The notes: a model not told the origin generated them from the letters alone. Shown: positions 48,057 through 58,123, counted from the stretch's first letter. The stretch: DNA of 64,000 nt from Geopsychrobacteraceae bacterium (GCA_963662315.1 OY759353.1:2720001-2784000), one strand, 5' to 3'. A program made the numbers and translations.

Positions 48057-50927
48057 ATGAAAGCAAAACAGAAAAACCAGGCGCACTTGTTTAGGAAAAG
48101 AACCATCTGGAGTAAAGCCGTTGTTTGTTTTCTGGTTATCGGACTGCTGGCCGGCTGCAGCGGTTCAGATGGTAAAGATGGCGCTGCCGGAGCTGACGGA
48201 CAAGGTGCGGCAACAACACCGAAAAATGTTATCCTGTTCATCGGCGACGGTATGCAGCAGGAACACGAACTGGCAGCCAGCCGCTACTTTACCGGAACGG
48301 AGAATGGCCTGGTCTGGCAGAAAGAGAGTGAATTCCCCTATCACAACTTTGTTACCACATGGGACGTCACAACTTACAACAATTATGCTACCGAAGCCGG
48401 TGCTGACGGTTATGCCCCTGACAGCTATAATTCTAATTATGGTTATGATCTGCTCAAGGCCGGTCTAAGCGAAGCAAGTAAGGATAATTATTTCCTCAAT
48501 GGTGCAGCAACCGACTCAGCTTCAGCCGGAACAGCCATGTCCACCGGAGAAAAAACCGATTCTGGAAATATCGCCTGGGCGACTGAAGATCCTGCTGATG
48601 GTGCATTGCAAACCATCGGTGAATATTATCGCTCTTTAGGGGGCAGCTACGGTGTTGTTTCAACCGTTGAGCTGTCCCATGCGACCCCGGCAGCCTTCTC
48701 TTCTCACAACGTCAACCGCAACAATTATCAGCAAATCGCCCATGAAGTGGTCAGTGAAACCCGTCCCGATGTGGTTATCGGTGCCGGCCACCCAGCATTT
48801 GTCGGCAATGACCGTTACCTTGCCACCGCCGACTACACAACAATTTCCGCTGACAGTGAATATGTCTTTGTTGAAAAAACTACCGGTGTTGATGGCGGAA
48901 ACGCACTGCTGGCTGCAGCGGCGACAGCTGTTGCCGACGGCAAAAAACTTTTCGGTCTGTTCGGGTCGGACCAGGTGGAAACTCCGCTTGTGACTGACAC
49001 TCCTGGTGCCCCGAACTTCACCAACGCTGACGAAACCGATCCGCTGCTTGCAGAGTCAACCGAAGCCGCAATCGAGGTGCTCAGTCAGGATGCTGACGGT
49101 TTCTTCCTGATGGTTGAGCAGGGGGATATCGACTGGAGTAACCACGCCAACAATTTCAGCGGCATGGTCGGCGGCGTTATCGACCTTGATCAGGCCGTTG
49201 CCAAAGCGGTTGAAATGATAGAAGCCGGTGAAAACGGTCTGTCCTGGACCAATACTCTGGTCATGGTTACCGCTGACCATGGCAACAGTTACCTGCGCTT
49301 CAACACTGCACTGGCACTTGGCCAGGGGGACCTGCCCGCGCAGGACGGCAGTAGCTATCCTGACGGCGAAGTTTTCTACGGCACCGGTGGCCACACCAAT
49401 GAACTGGTGTCCCTGTACGCCAAGGGTGCCGGCATCAATTACCTGAAAAGCCGTCAGGGAACCTTGAACAGCGGCACCGACCTCCTCGACAACACGGATG
49501 TCTATCGCGCTGCCAAAAATGCCGCCGATAACGGCTACAATGTTATTCTCTTTATCGGTGACGGTATGCAGAAGGCGCATGAAATTGCCGGTTCACGATA
49601 TATGTATGGTACCGACAATGGCCTGTCTTTCCACAGTTTTGATTTCACCGCCTATGTCACCACCTGGGATACCAACACCTACAACAGCTACGCAGCGAAA
49701 CAAGACGCTCTGAGTTTTAAAGCTGCAGACCTGCTTGGGACTCTCAATTATCGTCTCGGCTACGACCCGGCTGTCGCCGGCAGCCTTCCTTATCCACTGG
49801 TCAATGAGTATCTGCTGGCCCATGCGACCGATTCCGCTTCTGCCGGTACCGCCATGGCGACCGGAATGAAAACCGACGATGGCAACATTTCCTGGGAATC
49901 CGGTGATGCCGCCGATGGCGAGCTGCTGAACGTGATAGACAAAGTCTGGGGGCAACGCGAAGGAGCCACCGGCGTTGTGTCAACGGTCGAATTTACTCAC
50001 GCAACACCCGCCACCTTCTCAGCTCACAACATCAATCGTAATAACTACGGTGAAATTTCCGAAGATATCATCAACAATATTCGCCCCGATGTCGTCATCG
50101 GTGCCGGACACCCTGCGTTTGTCGGCAGTGCCGCTGCCCCCGATTACCGCTATATCACCGAAGCGGCCTATAAAACCATCTCTTCTGACAGCGAATATGT
50201 CTTTGTCGAGAAGACGACCGGTGTCGATGGTGGTAACAGCTTGTTAGCTGCAGCTGACCAGGCGATTAACCAAGGGAAAAAGCTGTTCGGCCTGTTCGGT
50301 TCAACCCAGATCGCAACCCCGGTGGTCACCGACACACCTGGGACCCCAACCTTCGCCAATGCAGATGAAACTGACCCTCTGTTATCGGAATCGACCGAAG
50401 CCGCGCTGAAGGTTCTCAGCCAGGACCCAAATGGTTTCTTCCTGATGGTTGAACAGGGAGATATCGACTGGAGTAACCATGCCAACAACTTCAGTGGCAT
50501 GATTGGTGGCGTTAAGGATCTCGATTACGCCATCCAGAAAGCCATCGACTTTGTCGAGCAACCAGGTGACGAAATCGACTGGTCCAATACCCTGTTGATT
50601 GTCACTTCCGACCATGGCAACAGCTTCCTGCGCGTCAACCATGCCCTTAAACCCGTCCTTGGCGATCTGCCAACCCAGGAAGCAGCCCCCGCAGAATGTG
50701 CTGATGCTTACTGCGGTAGCTATGTTTACCCTGACGGAGATGTTTTTTATGGCAGCGGTGGCCACACCAACGAGCTGGTCTCTCTCTATGCCAAAGGGTA
50801 CCGTGCTGAGGATCTGTTCGGTCAATATGAAGGCGCCAATTACCCAAATACTGATACCAGAGTCATCGACAACACGGATATCTTTAAGGTTATGGCAGAA
50901 TTTTTCGGCATTACCTTAGATCAGTAA
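48057..50927 (+). CDS. Lipoprotein alkaline phosphatase with two tandem catalytic domains
   Basis: LAG-C lipobox; two copies each of FIGDGM, TDSASAGTAM, HATPA, EQGDIDWSNH, DHG, HTNE. Confidence 0.9.
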   Translation: MKAKQKNQAHLFRKRTIWSKAVVCFLVIGLLAGCSGSDGKDGAAGADGQGAATTPKNVILFIGDGMQQEHELAASRYFTGTENGLVWQKESEFPYHNFVTTWDVTTYNNYATEAGADGYAPDSYNSNYGYDLLKAGLSEASKDNYFLNGAATDSASAGTAMSTGEKTDSGNIAWATEDPADGALQTIGEYYRSLGGSYGVVSTVELSHATPAAFSSHNVNRNNYQQIAHEVVSETRPDVVIGAGHPAFVGNDRYLATADYTTISADSEYVFVEKTTGVDGGNALLAAAATAVADGKKLFGLFGSDQVETPLVTDTPGAPNFTNADETDPLLAESTEAAIEVLSQDADGFFLMVEQGDIDWSNHANNFSGMVGGVIDLDQAVAKAVEMIEAGENGLSWTNTLVMVTADHGNSYLRFNTALALGQGDLPAQDGSSYPDGEVFYGTGGHTNELVSLYAKGAGINYLKSRQGTLNSGTDLLDNTDVYRAAKNAADNGYNVILFIGDGMQKAHEIAGSRYMYGTDNGLSFHSFDFTAYVTTWDTNTYNSYAAKQDALSFKAADLLGTLNYRLGYDPAVAGSLPYPLVNEYLLAHATDSASAGTAMATGMKTDDGNISWESGDAADGELLNVIDKVWGQREGATGVVSTVEFTHATPATFSAHNINRNNYGEISEDIINNIRPDVVIGAGHPAFVGSAAAPDYRYITEAAYKTISSDSEYVFVEKTTGVDGGNSLLAAADQAINQGKKLFGLFGSTQIATPVVTDTPGTPTFANADETDPLLSESTEAALKVLSQDPNGFFLMVEQGDIDWSNHANNFSGMIGGVKDLDYAIQKAIDFVEQPGDEIDWSNTLLIVTSDHGNSFLRVNHALKPVLGDLPTQEAAPAECADAYCGSYVYPDGDVFYGSGGHTNELVSLYAKGYRAEDLFGQYEGANYPNTDTRVIDNTDIFKVMAEFFGITLDQ

Positions 50928-50959
50928 TGATGTTCTGCAGGGCCAAATGAAAAGTGGAT

Positions 50960-50992
50960 TATGCCGATCACCTGAAAAAGGTGATCGGCATA
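50960..50992. terminator. Inverted repeat between convergent genes
   Basis: TATGCCGATCACCT-gaaaa-AGGTGATCGGCATA, 14-bp perfect, no U tail. Confidence 0.65.
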
Positions 50993-51043
50993 GCTATGTG
51001 GGCATTTTCACCGCTTGAAAAAAGAACTGCTCCGCTGCATAAT

Positions 51044-51256
51044 TTACCAAGGCAGATCCCGCGATGGGGATCTTTCAGACTGGTTTTTTGAGGCACTTCT
51101 GAGGAACAGCCCGATAATGAAACCCAGGGGCCCAAGCAGGCCCGCCAGGATGAGCAGACCAAGGTCTTCACGTTTTTTTCTTTTCGTCTGCTTGGAAAAG
51201 AGACCAAGAGCAACGATACCGGACAGATACCAGCAAAAAAATATTAATAGTTCCAT
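51044..51256 (-). CDS. 70-aa two-TM hypothetical protein
   Basis: GGGGAGGA RBS; two hydrophobic segments separated by KRKKR. Confidence 0.6.
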   Translation of the reverse strand: MELLIFFCWYLSGIVALGLFSKQTKRKKREDLGLLILAGLLGPLGFIIGLFLRSASKNQSERSPSRDLPW

Positions 51257-51269
51257 AACGTCCTCCCCT

Positions 51270-51302
51270 ATGTATATACAATGATATACCGCGTATATAC
51301 AT
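51270..51302. promoter_or_regulatory. GTATATAC operator array
   Basis: ATGTATATAC-N13-GTATATACAT with a central ATATAC. Confidence 0.5.
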
Positions 51303-51400
51303 TTTTCAAGCCCTTCTTTTCATCCCTTTTTAATTGCCAATGACCACCATCTCCCATGCTGTAATTCTCGCCTAGAAAAAGGCGTTGAAAACCAAAGTCC

Positions 51401-51448
51401 TTGACAGGTCACCCCAAAGTGACTCACTGTGTATCACCTATTAGTGAC
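51401..51448 (+). promoter_or_regulatory. tetR promoter with two TCAC-N6-GTGAC operators
   Basis: TTGACA at 51401; GTCAC-cccaaa-GTGAC (51408) and ATCAC-ctatta-GTGAC (51433). Confidence 0.65.
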
Positions 51449-51471
51449 AGCATCTTTAGCAAGGATGACCC

Positions 51472-52077
51472 ATGCTCCGTAACAAAGAACAGACCAAACA
51501 GAAGATCGTAACAGCCGTCGGCGGTTTGTTAGCCCGCGACGGTTTTGCCAAGTTGGGGGTAAATGCCCTGGCCCGTGAGGCCGGGGTCGACAAGGTGCTT
51601 ATCTATCGCTACTTTGATGGCCTGCCCGGAGTCCTGCGCAGCTATGCCGAATCGACCGACTTCTGGCCGTCAGCGGCAGAAGTCCTGGGACAGGACCAAG
51701 CCCCCGGTCATCAGGACTCGTCCCGAATTATCGGTGACATCATGGTCAACCTGGCGCGCGCTCTCAGGAATCGTCCGTTAACCACCGAGATCCTCGCCTG
51801 GGAACTGGTTGAGCAGAACGAGCTGACCAACATTCTTTTCGAACGGCGCGAGCAGTGGGCTTTGACCCTTATCGAGGACTATGCCTTCGAACACGGCCAG
51901 GCCCCGGCAGATCTCCCTGCTCTGACAGCGCTGCTGAATGCGGCGATCAACTACCTGATTGTCCGCGGTCGCACAACACCGGTCTTCAACCTGGTGGAAA
52001 TCGATACTGATCGGGGCTGGGAACGTCTGGAAAATATGATTCGAGCGCTATGCAAAAGTTATTTTTCTGCCATCTGA
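51472..52077 (+). CDS. TetR/AcrR-family regulator
   Basis: LGVNALAREAGVDKVLIYRYF HTH. Confidence 0.93.
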   Translation: MLRNKEQTKQKIVTAVGGLLARDGFAKLGVNALAREAGVDKVLIYRYFDGLPGVLRSYAESTDFWPSAAEVLGQDQAPGHQDSSRIIGDIMVNLARALRNRPLTTEILAWELVEQNELTNILFERREQWALTLIEDYAFEHGQAPADLPALTALLNAAINYLIVRGRTTPVFNLVEIDTDRGWERLENMIRALCKSYFSAI

Positions 52078-52164
52078 GAACAGTTTAGGAAAAAAGCGGA
52101 ATTTTCACCGTTCGCCAGGCGTTTTTTGCTGCAAAAAACCTGATTTCGGCTATCATAGCGCCCC

Positions 52165-52767
52165 ATGGAAGAGGACATATCACAGATGACTTATCCTGAT
52201 GTTACCGGAGTACTGCTGGCCGGGGGGAAAAGCCGGCGCATGGGACGCGACAAAGCAGCCCTGATTGTGGCCGGAAAAACCATGGCCGACCGGATGCTGG
52301 AGTGGCTGCAAAACCATTTCCCTCAGACCCTGATTGCCGGGGATCGTCCCGACCTGGCCCGACCGGGCATCGCCTACCACCCCGACATCTATACCGGAAG
52401 TTCACTTGGTGGCCTGCACAACGGCTTGCTGCATGCCCACACCGAATGGATCTTTGCCGTCGCCTGCGATATGCCTTTCCCCGATACCCGGTTATTAGCG
52501 CCCATGCTTGAACAACGGGACAAGGCTTCTGCTGTCGTACTGAAAACCGAGGACGGTTTTGAACCACTCTTTGCCCTGTACCACAAAAGCTGCCTATCCC
52601 ATCTGGAACACCTGCTACAGGAGCAAAAATTCAGGATTCAGGGCTTTTTTGAACTCATCAGTGTCACTGCTCTTGATCCATCACATTATATAGACGACTG
52701 GCAAAAAGCGTTGAGTAATCTCAACACCCCTGAAGACCTGCAGCGGGTCGAACAGGAACAAGGCTAG
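52165..52767 (+). CDS. mobA: Molybdenum cofactor guanylyltransferase
   Basis: LAGGKSRRMGRDKA, ACDMP, NLNTPEDL; the start may be 52186. Confidence 0.92.
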   Translation: MEEDISQMTYPDVTGVLLAGGKSRRMGRDKAALIVAGKTMADRMLEWLQNHFPQTLIAGDRPDLARPGIAYHPDIYTGSSLGGLHNGLLHAHTEWIFAVACDMPFPDTRLLAPMLEQRDKASAVVLKTEDGFEPLFALYHKSCLSHLEHLLQEQKFRIQGFFELISVTALDPSHYIDDWQKALSNLNTPEDLQRVEQEQG

Positions 52768-52825
52768 CGGCCAAGAGTTTAAGATTTCAGATTTTCAGGT
52801 TAAAAAAAGAGAGGGAGAACCACCA

Positions 52826-54025
52826 GTGATCAAATATGACGAAGCAATCGAACTGGTACTGAACAATATTGATCCTTTGGAAGCTGTCAAAATGCCTCTG
52901 GATGAGGCGGTCGGGAAAATTCTAGCCGAAAACGTTCCGGCGAAATTCGATTTACCGCCAGCCAATAATTCGGCACGAGACGGTTACGCCTTTGCCCATG
53001 CAACTCTGCCGCGCAACAGAAACCTGAAAGTTATCGGCTTTGTTCCGGCCGGCAAGCAATTCCCCAAGGCAGTCGCAACAGGACAGGCAGTCCGTATTAT
53101 GACCGGCGCGCCTCTGCCTCCTGGTTGTGATACGGTTGTACCGCTTGAAGAAATTACCCGCAAGGCCGATTCAATCGAAGTGGAAAAAGTCCCTGCCGCC
53201 GGTAGCTATGTGCGCTTGCGCGGTGAAGAACTTAAAGCGGGGGCCACAGTGCTTGGAGTCGGTTCATTGCTGACTTCGGGATCCATTGGTCTGCTCGCCT
53301 CCGCCGGTCGGGCCTGTGTCCAGGCCTACCCGGCACCACGGGTCGCCGTCCTATCCAACGGAGATGAACTGGTCGAACTGGGTGAAAACCCCGGTGCCGG
53401 CAAGATCATCAACTCCAATGCCCATATGCTCGCCGCGCGCTTAAGAGAAGATGGCTTCCTGCCGGAAATGCTGGGTATTGCCCGCGACTGTCGCGACAAT
53501 CTGGAAAGCTGCCTGCGCAAAGGACTGGCCTGCGACATGATTATTTCCAGCGGTGGCGTGTCAATCGGTGACCGGGACTTTGTTCAGGAAACTCTGACCA
53601 GACTCGGTTTTGAGAAGATTTTCTGGAAAGTCGCCATCAAACCGGGTAAACCGGTATTGTTCGGTCACATCGGCAGAATGCCGGTGTTCGGTTTGCCGGG
53701 CAACCCGGCCTCGACCGCCGCAACTTACGAACTTCTAGTTCGGCCGGCCTTACGTAAACTGGCCGGACATCCCCATCCCCGCTCCCCACGCATCCGCGTA
53801 CGCCTTATGGAACCAGTCGCAGCCAGTGGTAATCGCCAGCAGTTTATCTGGGGACAATTGTTGATTAATGACGGAGAAATCACATTTCAACCAAACCATA
53901 GAGGCTCATCCGGACAAAATCGCAGCCTTCATGATGTCCAGGCATTATTGCCGGTGCCGATTGAGAGTAATGGTTTTGCGGCGGGGGAGATGGTGGAAGT
54001 GATTATGTTGAGGTTGCCAAGGTAA
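52826..54025 (+). CDS. moeA: Molybdopterin molybdotransferase
   Basis: DGYA, IMTGA, GDEL, SGGVSIG, KPGKP, LPGNP. Confidence 0.94.
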   Translation: MIKYDEAIELVLNNIDPLEAVKMPLDEAVGKILAENVPAKFDLPPANNSARDGYAFAHATLPRNRNLKVIGFVPAGKQFPKAVATGQAVRIMTGAPLPPGCDTVVPLEEITRKADSIEVEKVPAAGSYVRLRGEELKAGATVLGVGSLLTSGSIGLLASAGRACVQAYPAPRVAVLSNGDELVELGENPGAGKIINSNAHMLAARLREDGFLPEMLGIARDCRDNLESCLRKGLACDMIISSGGVSIGDRDFVQETLTRLGFEKIFWKVAIKPGKPVLFGHIGRMPVFGLPGNPASTAATYELLVRPALRKLAGHPHPRSPRIRVRLMEPVAASGNRQQFIWGQLLINDGEITFQPNHRGSSGQNRSLHDVQALLPVPIESNGFAAGEMVEVIMLRLPR

Positions 54026-54038
54026 AGATAACGAGCAG

Positions 54039-54071
54039 CACGGGGACGAATCCCTGCGGTCTTGCCCTTGA
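54039..54071 (+). repeat. Short remnant of repeat module B
   Basis: GGGGA-cgaa-TCCCTGCGGTCTTGCCCTTGA, between the convergent moeA and hydrogenase genes. Confidence 0.45.
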
Positions 54072-54086
54072 ATATCTAAAAGAATA

Positions 54087-55412
54087 CTACCTCCCAACCA
54101 CCTCAACCTTAAGAAAATGGGTCGAACAGGAGATACACGGGTCATAAGCCCGCACCAGCATTTCCAAGCGCCGGGTGATCTCTTCATTCGACTCAGCAAG
54201 TATTTCCGGCACCAGTTTCTGCATATCATCCTCAATATTCTGCAGATTCTGCCCGGTTGGGATCACACAATTGGCCTTTTCAATCATCCCTCTTTCATCA
54301 ATCTGGTAGTGATGGAACAGCAGCCCGCGCGGAACCTCGACCGCACCGACACCACTGCCCGCCCGCACCGCAATGGAGTGATTCTCGTTAACGCCAACGA
54401 TCACTTTCTGCCCCTGGTCAACACCTTCAGTGAGCAAGCTCTCCACAATCCGCATTGCATCAATGGTGCAATGAACACATTCGACCAGTTGCGCCGCCGT
54501 ATTCAGGTAGGGATTGCAACATGGGGCTTCCAGACCCAACTGCTTCGCGGCAGCTTGTGCCTGGGGGTGCAATTTCTCACCATTCAGATTAAAGCGCGCC
54601 AGAGCGCCAACCGCATAGGAGTTACGACTGAGCCGAGCGTGTTTGGCACTGGAATGGGGCACGACAAATTCATTGGTAATCGCTGAGTAATCTTCTTTTG
54701 CCCTGAGCACTCCGTCCGACGATCCCACATTACCGGCCAAAAACGGATAGTCTTCCCCCTCATTCATCAGGGCAACATACTCCGTTTCGCGGATAAACTC
54801 AGGAAATTGAAGACTGGCAAGCAGTTCAAGAGTCGGGTTCATATCGGCCTTAAGATCTTCCAGTTTACTGAGAATTATCTCAAGGTCTTTCTCGCTCGGA
54901 AGTTTGGTAAACCCTCCGACCACAGCAGCTATGGGGTGAACGTGGCGACCAACCAGAATGGTGCAAATGTCGTTGCAGGTTTTCTTCATACGCAACGCCC
55001 GTCTCACGACCTGCTCGCTATCGGGAAGCAAGCCCATAAAGCTTTTGGCTCCCAACAGGTCGGGAGCAACCAGCAGGTAAATATGCAGCAAATGACTGTC
55101 GAGGGTTTCCAGGTGCAGCAATAATTTCCGTAAGCAAAGAGTCTGCTCACTCGGGGTAAAACCAAGCGCGCTTTCCGCCGCCTGAATAGACGCCAGGGTG
55201 TGTCCACAGGAACAGATCCCGCAAATCCGTGACGTGATGTGCTGGGCTTCAAAGACCGAGTGCCCTTTCAGCATCGCTTCAAAAAAACGCGGAGCTTCGA
55301 CAATCTGCAACTCGGCCTTCTTCAGCATTCCGGCCGCCACATCAACAACAATATGGCCGTGTCCTTCAACCCGGGTCAGAAACTCGACGTTGACCGATAC
55401 GTCCCTAGCCAT
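54087..55412 (-). CDS. Group 3b [NiFe] hydrogenase large (alpha) subunit
   Basis: RVEGHG, RICGIC, DPCISCSTH plus a cleavable C-terminal tail. Confidence 0.95.
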   Translation of the reverse strand: MARDVSVNVEFLTRVEGHGHIVVDVAAGMLKKAELQIVEAPRFFEAMLKGHSVFEAQHITSRICGICSCGHTLASIQAAESALGFTPSEQTLCLRKLLLHLETLDSHLLHIYLLVAPDLLGAKSFMGLLPDSEQVVRRALRMKKTCNDICTILVGRHVHPIAAVVGGFTKLPSEKDLEIILSKLEDLKADMNPTLELLASLQFPEFIRETEYVALMNEGEDYPFLAGNVGSSDGVLRAKEDYSAITNEFVVPHSSAKHARLSRNSYAVGALARFNLNGEKLHPQAQAAAKQLGLEAPCCNPYLNTAAQLVECVHCTIDAMRIVESLLTEGVDQGQKVIVGVNENHSIAVRAGSGVGAVEVPRGLLFHHYQIDERGMIEKANCVIPTGQNLQNIEDDMQKLVPEILAESNEEITRRLEMLVRAYDPCISCSTHFLKVEVVGR

Positions 55413-56154
55413 CAGAACCCTCCATAGCCGCATTGTACAACAACATTTTGTTGGCTATGGCCTGAGCATCCAGACCGTAGGCCTTCAATACCTCTTCAGC
55501 ACCTGATCGGTTAGGGTTGGACACCAGCCCACGGCAGCCGTAACAGACATTTCCGTTATTGACGCACCAGGCATTACAGCCTGCTCTGGTCACCGGCCCG
55601 AGACACGTCACCCCCTTTTCATAGACACAGATATTCTCGTTGAACTTGCATTCGACACAGACCGCATAATCAGGAACATGGTAAGACAATCCGGCCAGAG
55701 CGGATTTCAGTATTTTGATAAATTCATCTGGGTATATAGGGCAGCCATGGACAAAATAATCGACCGCGACGAATTGATGGAGTGGATACGTTCTAGTCGC
55801 CGGGAACCATTCCGCTTTTTCTCCGTAGACCTCTGCCTGGACCTCTGCCAGCGGTCGCCGATTTTTCATGCCGTTGACACCGCCGATGGTCGCACAGCTG
55901 CCGTAGGCAACCAGCGTGCCGCAACGCTCACGAATACGTTGCAGCCTCCGGGCGGCTTCGTCGTTGACAACGCTGCCTTCAACCAGGGCAATATCGTAAT
56001 GACCGGTCCAGGTTTCTGACATGACTTCGCGGAATTCAACCACTTCTATCAGGCCCAGGATATCGAGCAACACCTCGCCGAGGTTGGCAACTTGCAGCTG
56101 GCAGCCCTCGCAGCTGGCAAGATCAAAGAACGCAACCTTGGGACGTTCCATCAT
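55405..56154 (-). CDS. [NiFe] hydrogenase small (delta) subunit
   Basis: SCEGC, EGS, GSCA, GCP, CLGP..RAGC, CYGCRG. Confidence 0.92.
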   Translation of the reverse strand: MMERPKVAFFDLASCEGCQLQVANLGEVLLDILGLIEVVEFREVMSETWTGHYDIALVEGSVVNDEAARRLQRIRERCGTLVAYGSCATIGGVNGMKNRRPLAEVQAEVYGEKAEWFPATRTYPLHQFVAVDYFVHGCPIYPDEFIKILKSALAGLSYHVPDYAVCVECKFNENICVYEKGVTCLGPVTRAGCNAWCVNNGNVCYGCRGLVSNPNRSGAEEVLKAYGLDAQAIANKMLLYNAAMEGSDG

Positions 56155-56987
56155 ATGGCTCCTTTGATGGTTTTGACCCGGTTGTAGGGAAAGACCGGCC
56201 CATCCTGACAGCAATAAACATCGTGAATCTGACAATGACCGCATTTACCCAGGCCACACTTCATATGACGCTCTAAAGACAGATAAATCTGTTGCTCTGG
56301 AATCCCCTTTTTCAGTAATTCGGCAATCACAAACCGGTACATGACCGGTGGCCCGCAGGCGACCGCAAAGGTTTTCTGTGGCGTCAGATTTACTCCGGGA
56401 ATCAATTGGGTGATCAGGCCGACATTACCCTGCCAATCTGGAGCCGCGCGATCAACCGAACAGAGAAAGTTGATATCGATGCGCTTACGCCACATTTCCA
56501 GCTCATGACCGAACAGCATGCTCTGCGGATCGCGACAGCCAAGCAGGATATCAACCTTGCCGAAATCGCGCCGGTTAGCGATGATATAGTTGATCAGAGA
56601 CCGCAATGGGGCAATCCCCAGGCCTCCGGCAATCAGCAGAACATCATTCCCCTCCAGCGGCACGACAGGAAACCCGATACCAAAGGGACCACGGATGCCA
56701 ACTTCATCCCCTTCCTTGAGCAGGTGCAGAGCTTCGGTAAAGCGTCCCGCTTTGCGCACACACAACTCAAATGAATCAAACTGAGTCGGTGACGAACAGA
56801 TAGAGATCGGCGCCTCCCCCACCCCGAACAGCGACACTTCAACAAACTGCCCCGGGTCATGATCCAGTGTCTCATCATCCGGCAGAACCACGGTAAACAG
56901 CTTCTCTTTTCCGGTCAGCTCGACGATATGGGTGATCCGGCCTCGTTTGATTTGATAACCGGTATGATGAATGGCGATGGTTTCCAT
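56151..56987 (-). CDS. Hydrogenase gamma subunit, FAD/NAD(P)-binding
   Basis: GEAPISI, RGPFG, AGGLG, CGPP, ERHMKCGLGKCGHC. Confidence 0.93.
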   Translation of the reverse strand: METIAIHHTGYQIKRGRITHIVELTGKEKLFTVVLPDDETLDHDPGQFVEVSLFGVGEAPISICSSPTQFDSFELCVRKAGRFTEALHLLKEGDEVGIRGPFGIGFPVVPLEGNDVLLIAGGLGIAPLRSLINYIIANRRDFGKVDILLGCRDPQSMLFGHELEMWRKRIDINFLCSVDRAAPDWQGNVGLITQLIPGVNLTPQKTFAVACGPPVMYRFVIAELLKKGIPEQQIYLSLERHMKCGLGKCGHCQIHDVYCCQDGPVFPYNRVKTIKGAI

Positions 56988-56988
56988 C

Positions 56989-58023
56989 TCAGCCCCTTTC
57001 ATCAATCAAGGAATTGATCGTCTCTTTCAGATCGATCCGGGCCATACAGGTACGACTGCAACGTCCACAGCCAACACAGAAGACCCGGTTATAGCGCACC
57101 ATCGGATAACGAAACTTGCGGTTAAAGCGATGCCGTTTGCGGTCATAGCGTTGTTCACGAAAACTTTCGCCGCCAGCGACCTTGGCGAAGGTCTCATGCT
57201 GGCAGGAATCCCAGACCCGGAGACGTCGCCCGGTGGTCAGATTGAGGTCCGGCTCGTCGACAACATCAAAACAGTAACAGGTCGGACAGACATTGGTGCA
57301 GTTACCACACGACAGGCAGCGTTCACCAAGGTGGTGCCAGACGTCACTGTCAAAGGTCTCGTCAAACAGGCGCGGGATATCCTGATAGCGGATCGGAACC
57401 TCGCTTTTGAAGATCTGCTTTTTCCTGGCCCGGAGTTCTTCCAACTGCATAGCAGCCGCGGCCGTTACCGGTTGAAACAAGCGACTCTGGGTGACAATCT
57501 GTTCGCCCCTGTCCGTATTGACATCGACGAAATAACACGTGTCCAGCTCACTGAAAAACAGGTCATAGCCGCCCATGGGCAGATGATTATGCAACAGGGC
57601 GCAACTGGCGTAACTGTCACAATAGTCGTTGCACTCCAGTCCGATCAGGGTGAAATAGCCTTTGCGCATTAAATAGTGCATATCCCGGGGACGATCGGAA
57701 AAAACCACATTCAGACATTGAATACCGGCCAAATCACAGGTATGCACGCCGAACAGCACCATATTCTCAACTTCAACCAACGCTTCCATTTGCTGACCAT
57801 CGGTTGTGTCATAGGTCAGCAGCGTTTCGTGCTGGGGCATGTAGTATTTTTTGGGAGGCAATATGGTGGGGATGTAGTGAAGAGACAACTCTGCTAAAGA
57901 CTGAACTTCAGCAAACTTGAACTGCCCCCCCTCCAGCCGGACCGGGCCGACAACTTTTTGACGGGAAGCGAAATATTCAACTAAAGCCGCCATGTTGGCT
58001 TTGTCGATAATAACCTGACCCAT
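56989..58023 (-). CDS. Hydrogenase beta subunit (AsrA-like Fe-S protein)
   Basis: CLSCGNCTNVCPTCYCF, WDSC, CVGCGRCSRTC. Confidence 0.93.
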   Translation of the reverse strand: MGQVIIDKANMAALVEYFASRQKVVGPVRLEGGQFKFAEVQSLAELSLHYIPTILPPKKYYMPQHETLLTYDTTDGQQMEALVEVENMVLFGVHTCDLAGIQCLNVVFSDRPRDMHYLMRKGYFTLIGLECNDYCDSYASCALLHNHLPMGGYDLFFSELDTCYFVDVNTDRGEQIVTQSRLFQPVTAAAAMQLEELRARKKQIFKSEVPIRYQDIPRLFDETFDSDVWHHLGERCLSCGNCTNVCPTCYCFDVVDEPDLNLTTGRRLRVWDSCQHETFAKVAGGESFREQRYDRKRHRFNRKFRYPMVRYNRVFCVGCGRCSRTCMARIDLKETINSLIDERG

Positions 58024-58123
58024 GATCTGACCTCTGTTTCTGTAAAGGTCTCTACCTAAACCAGATAGCTTATTACGGGGGATTGTCAAGGGGAGCACGA
58101 GATATCTATGATTGATCTTGGCT

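Noticed and set aside
52966..52990. MoeA SARDGYA in place of the usual SAMDGYA
   Set aside because: Single substitution with the other motifs intact; no evidence of pseudogenisation.
58070..58098. NikR-like site upstream of the hydrogenase operon
   Set aside because: Half-sites are poorly symmetric and the spacing does not fit the 6-N15/16-6 pattern.
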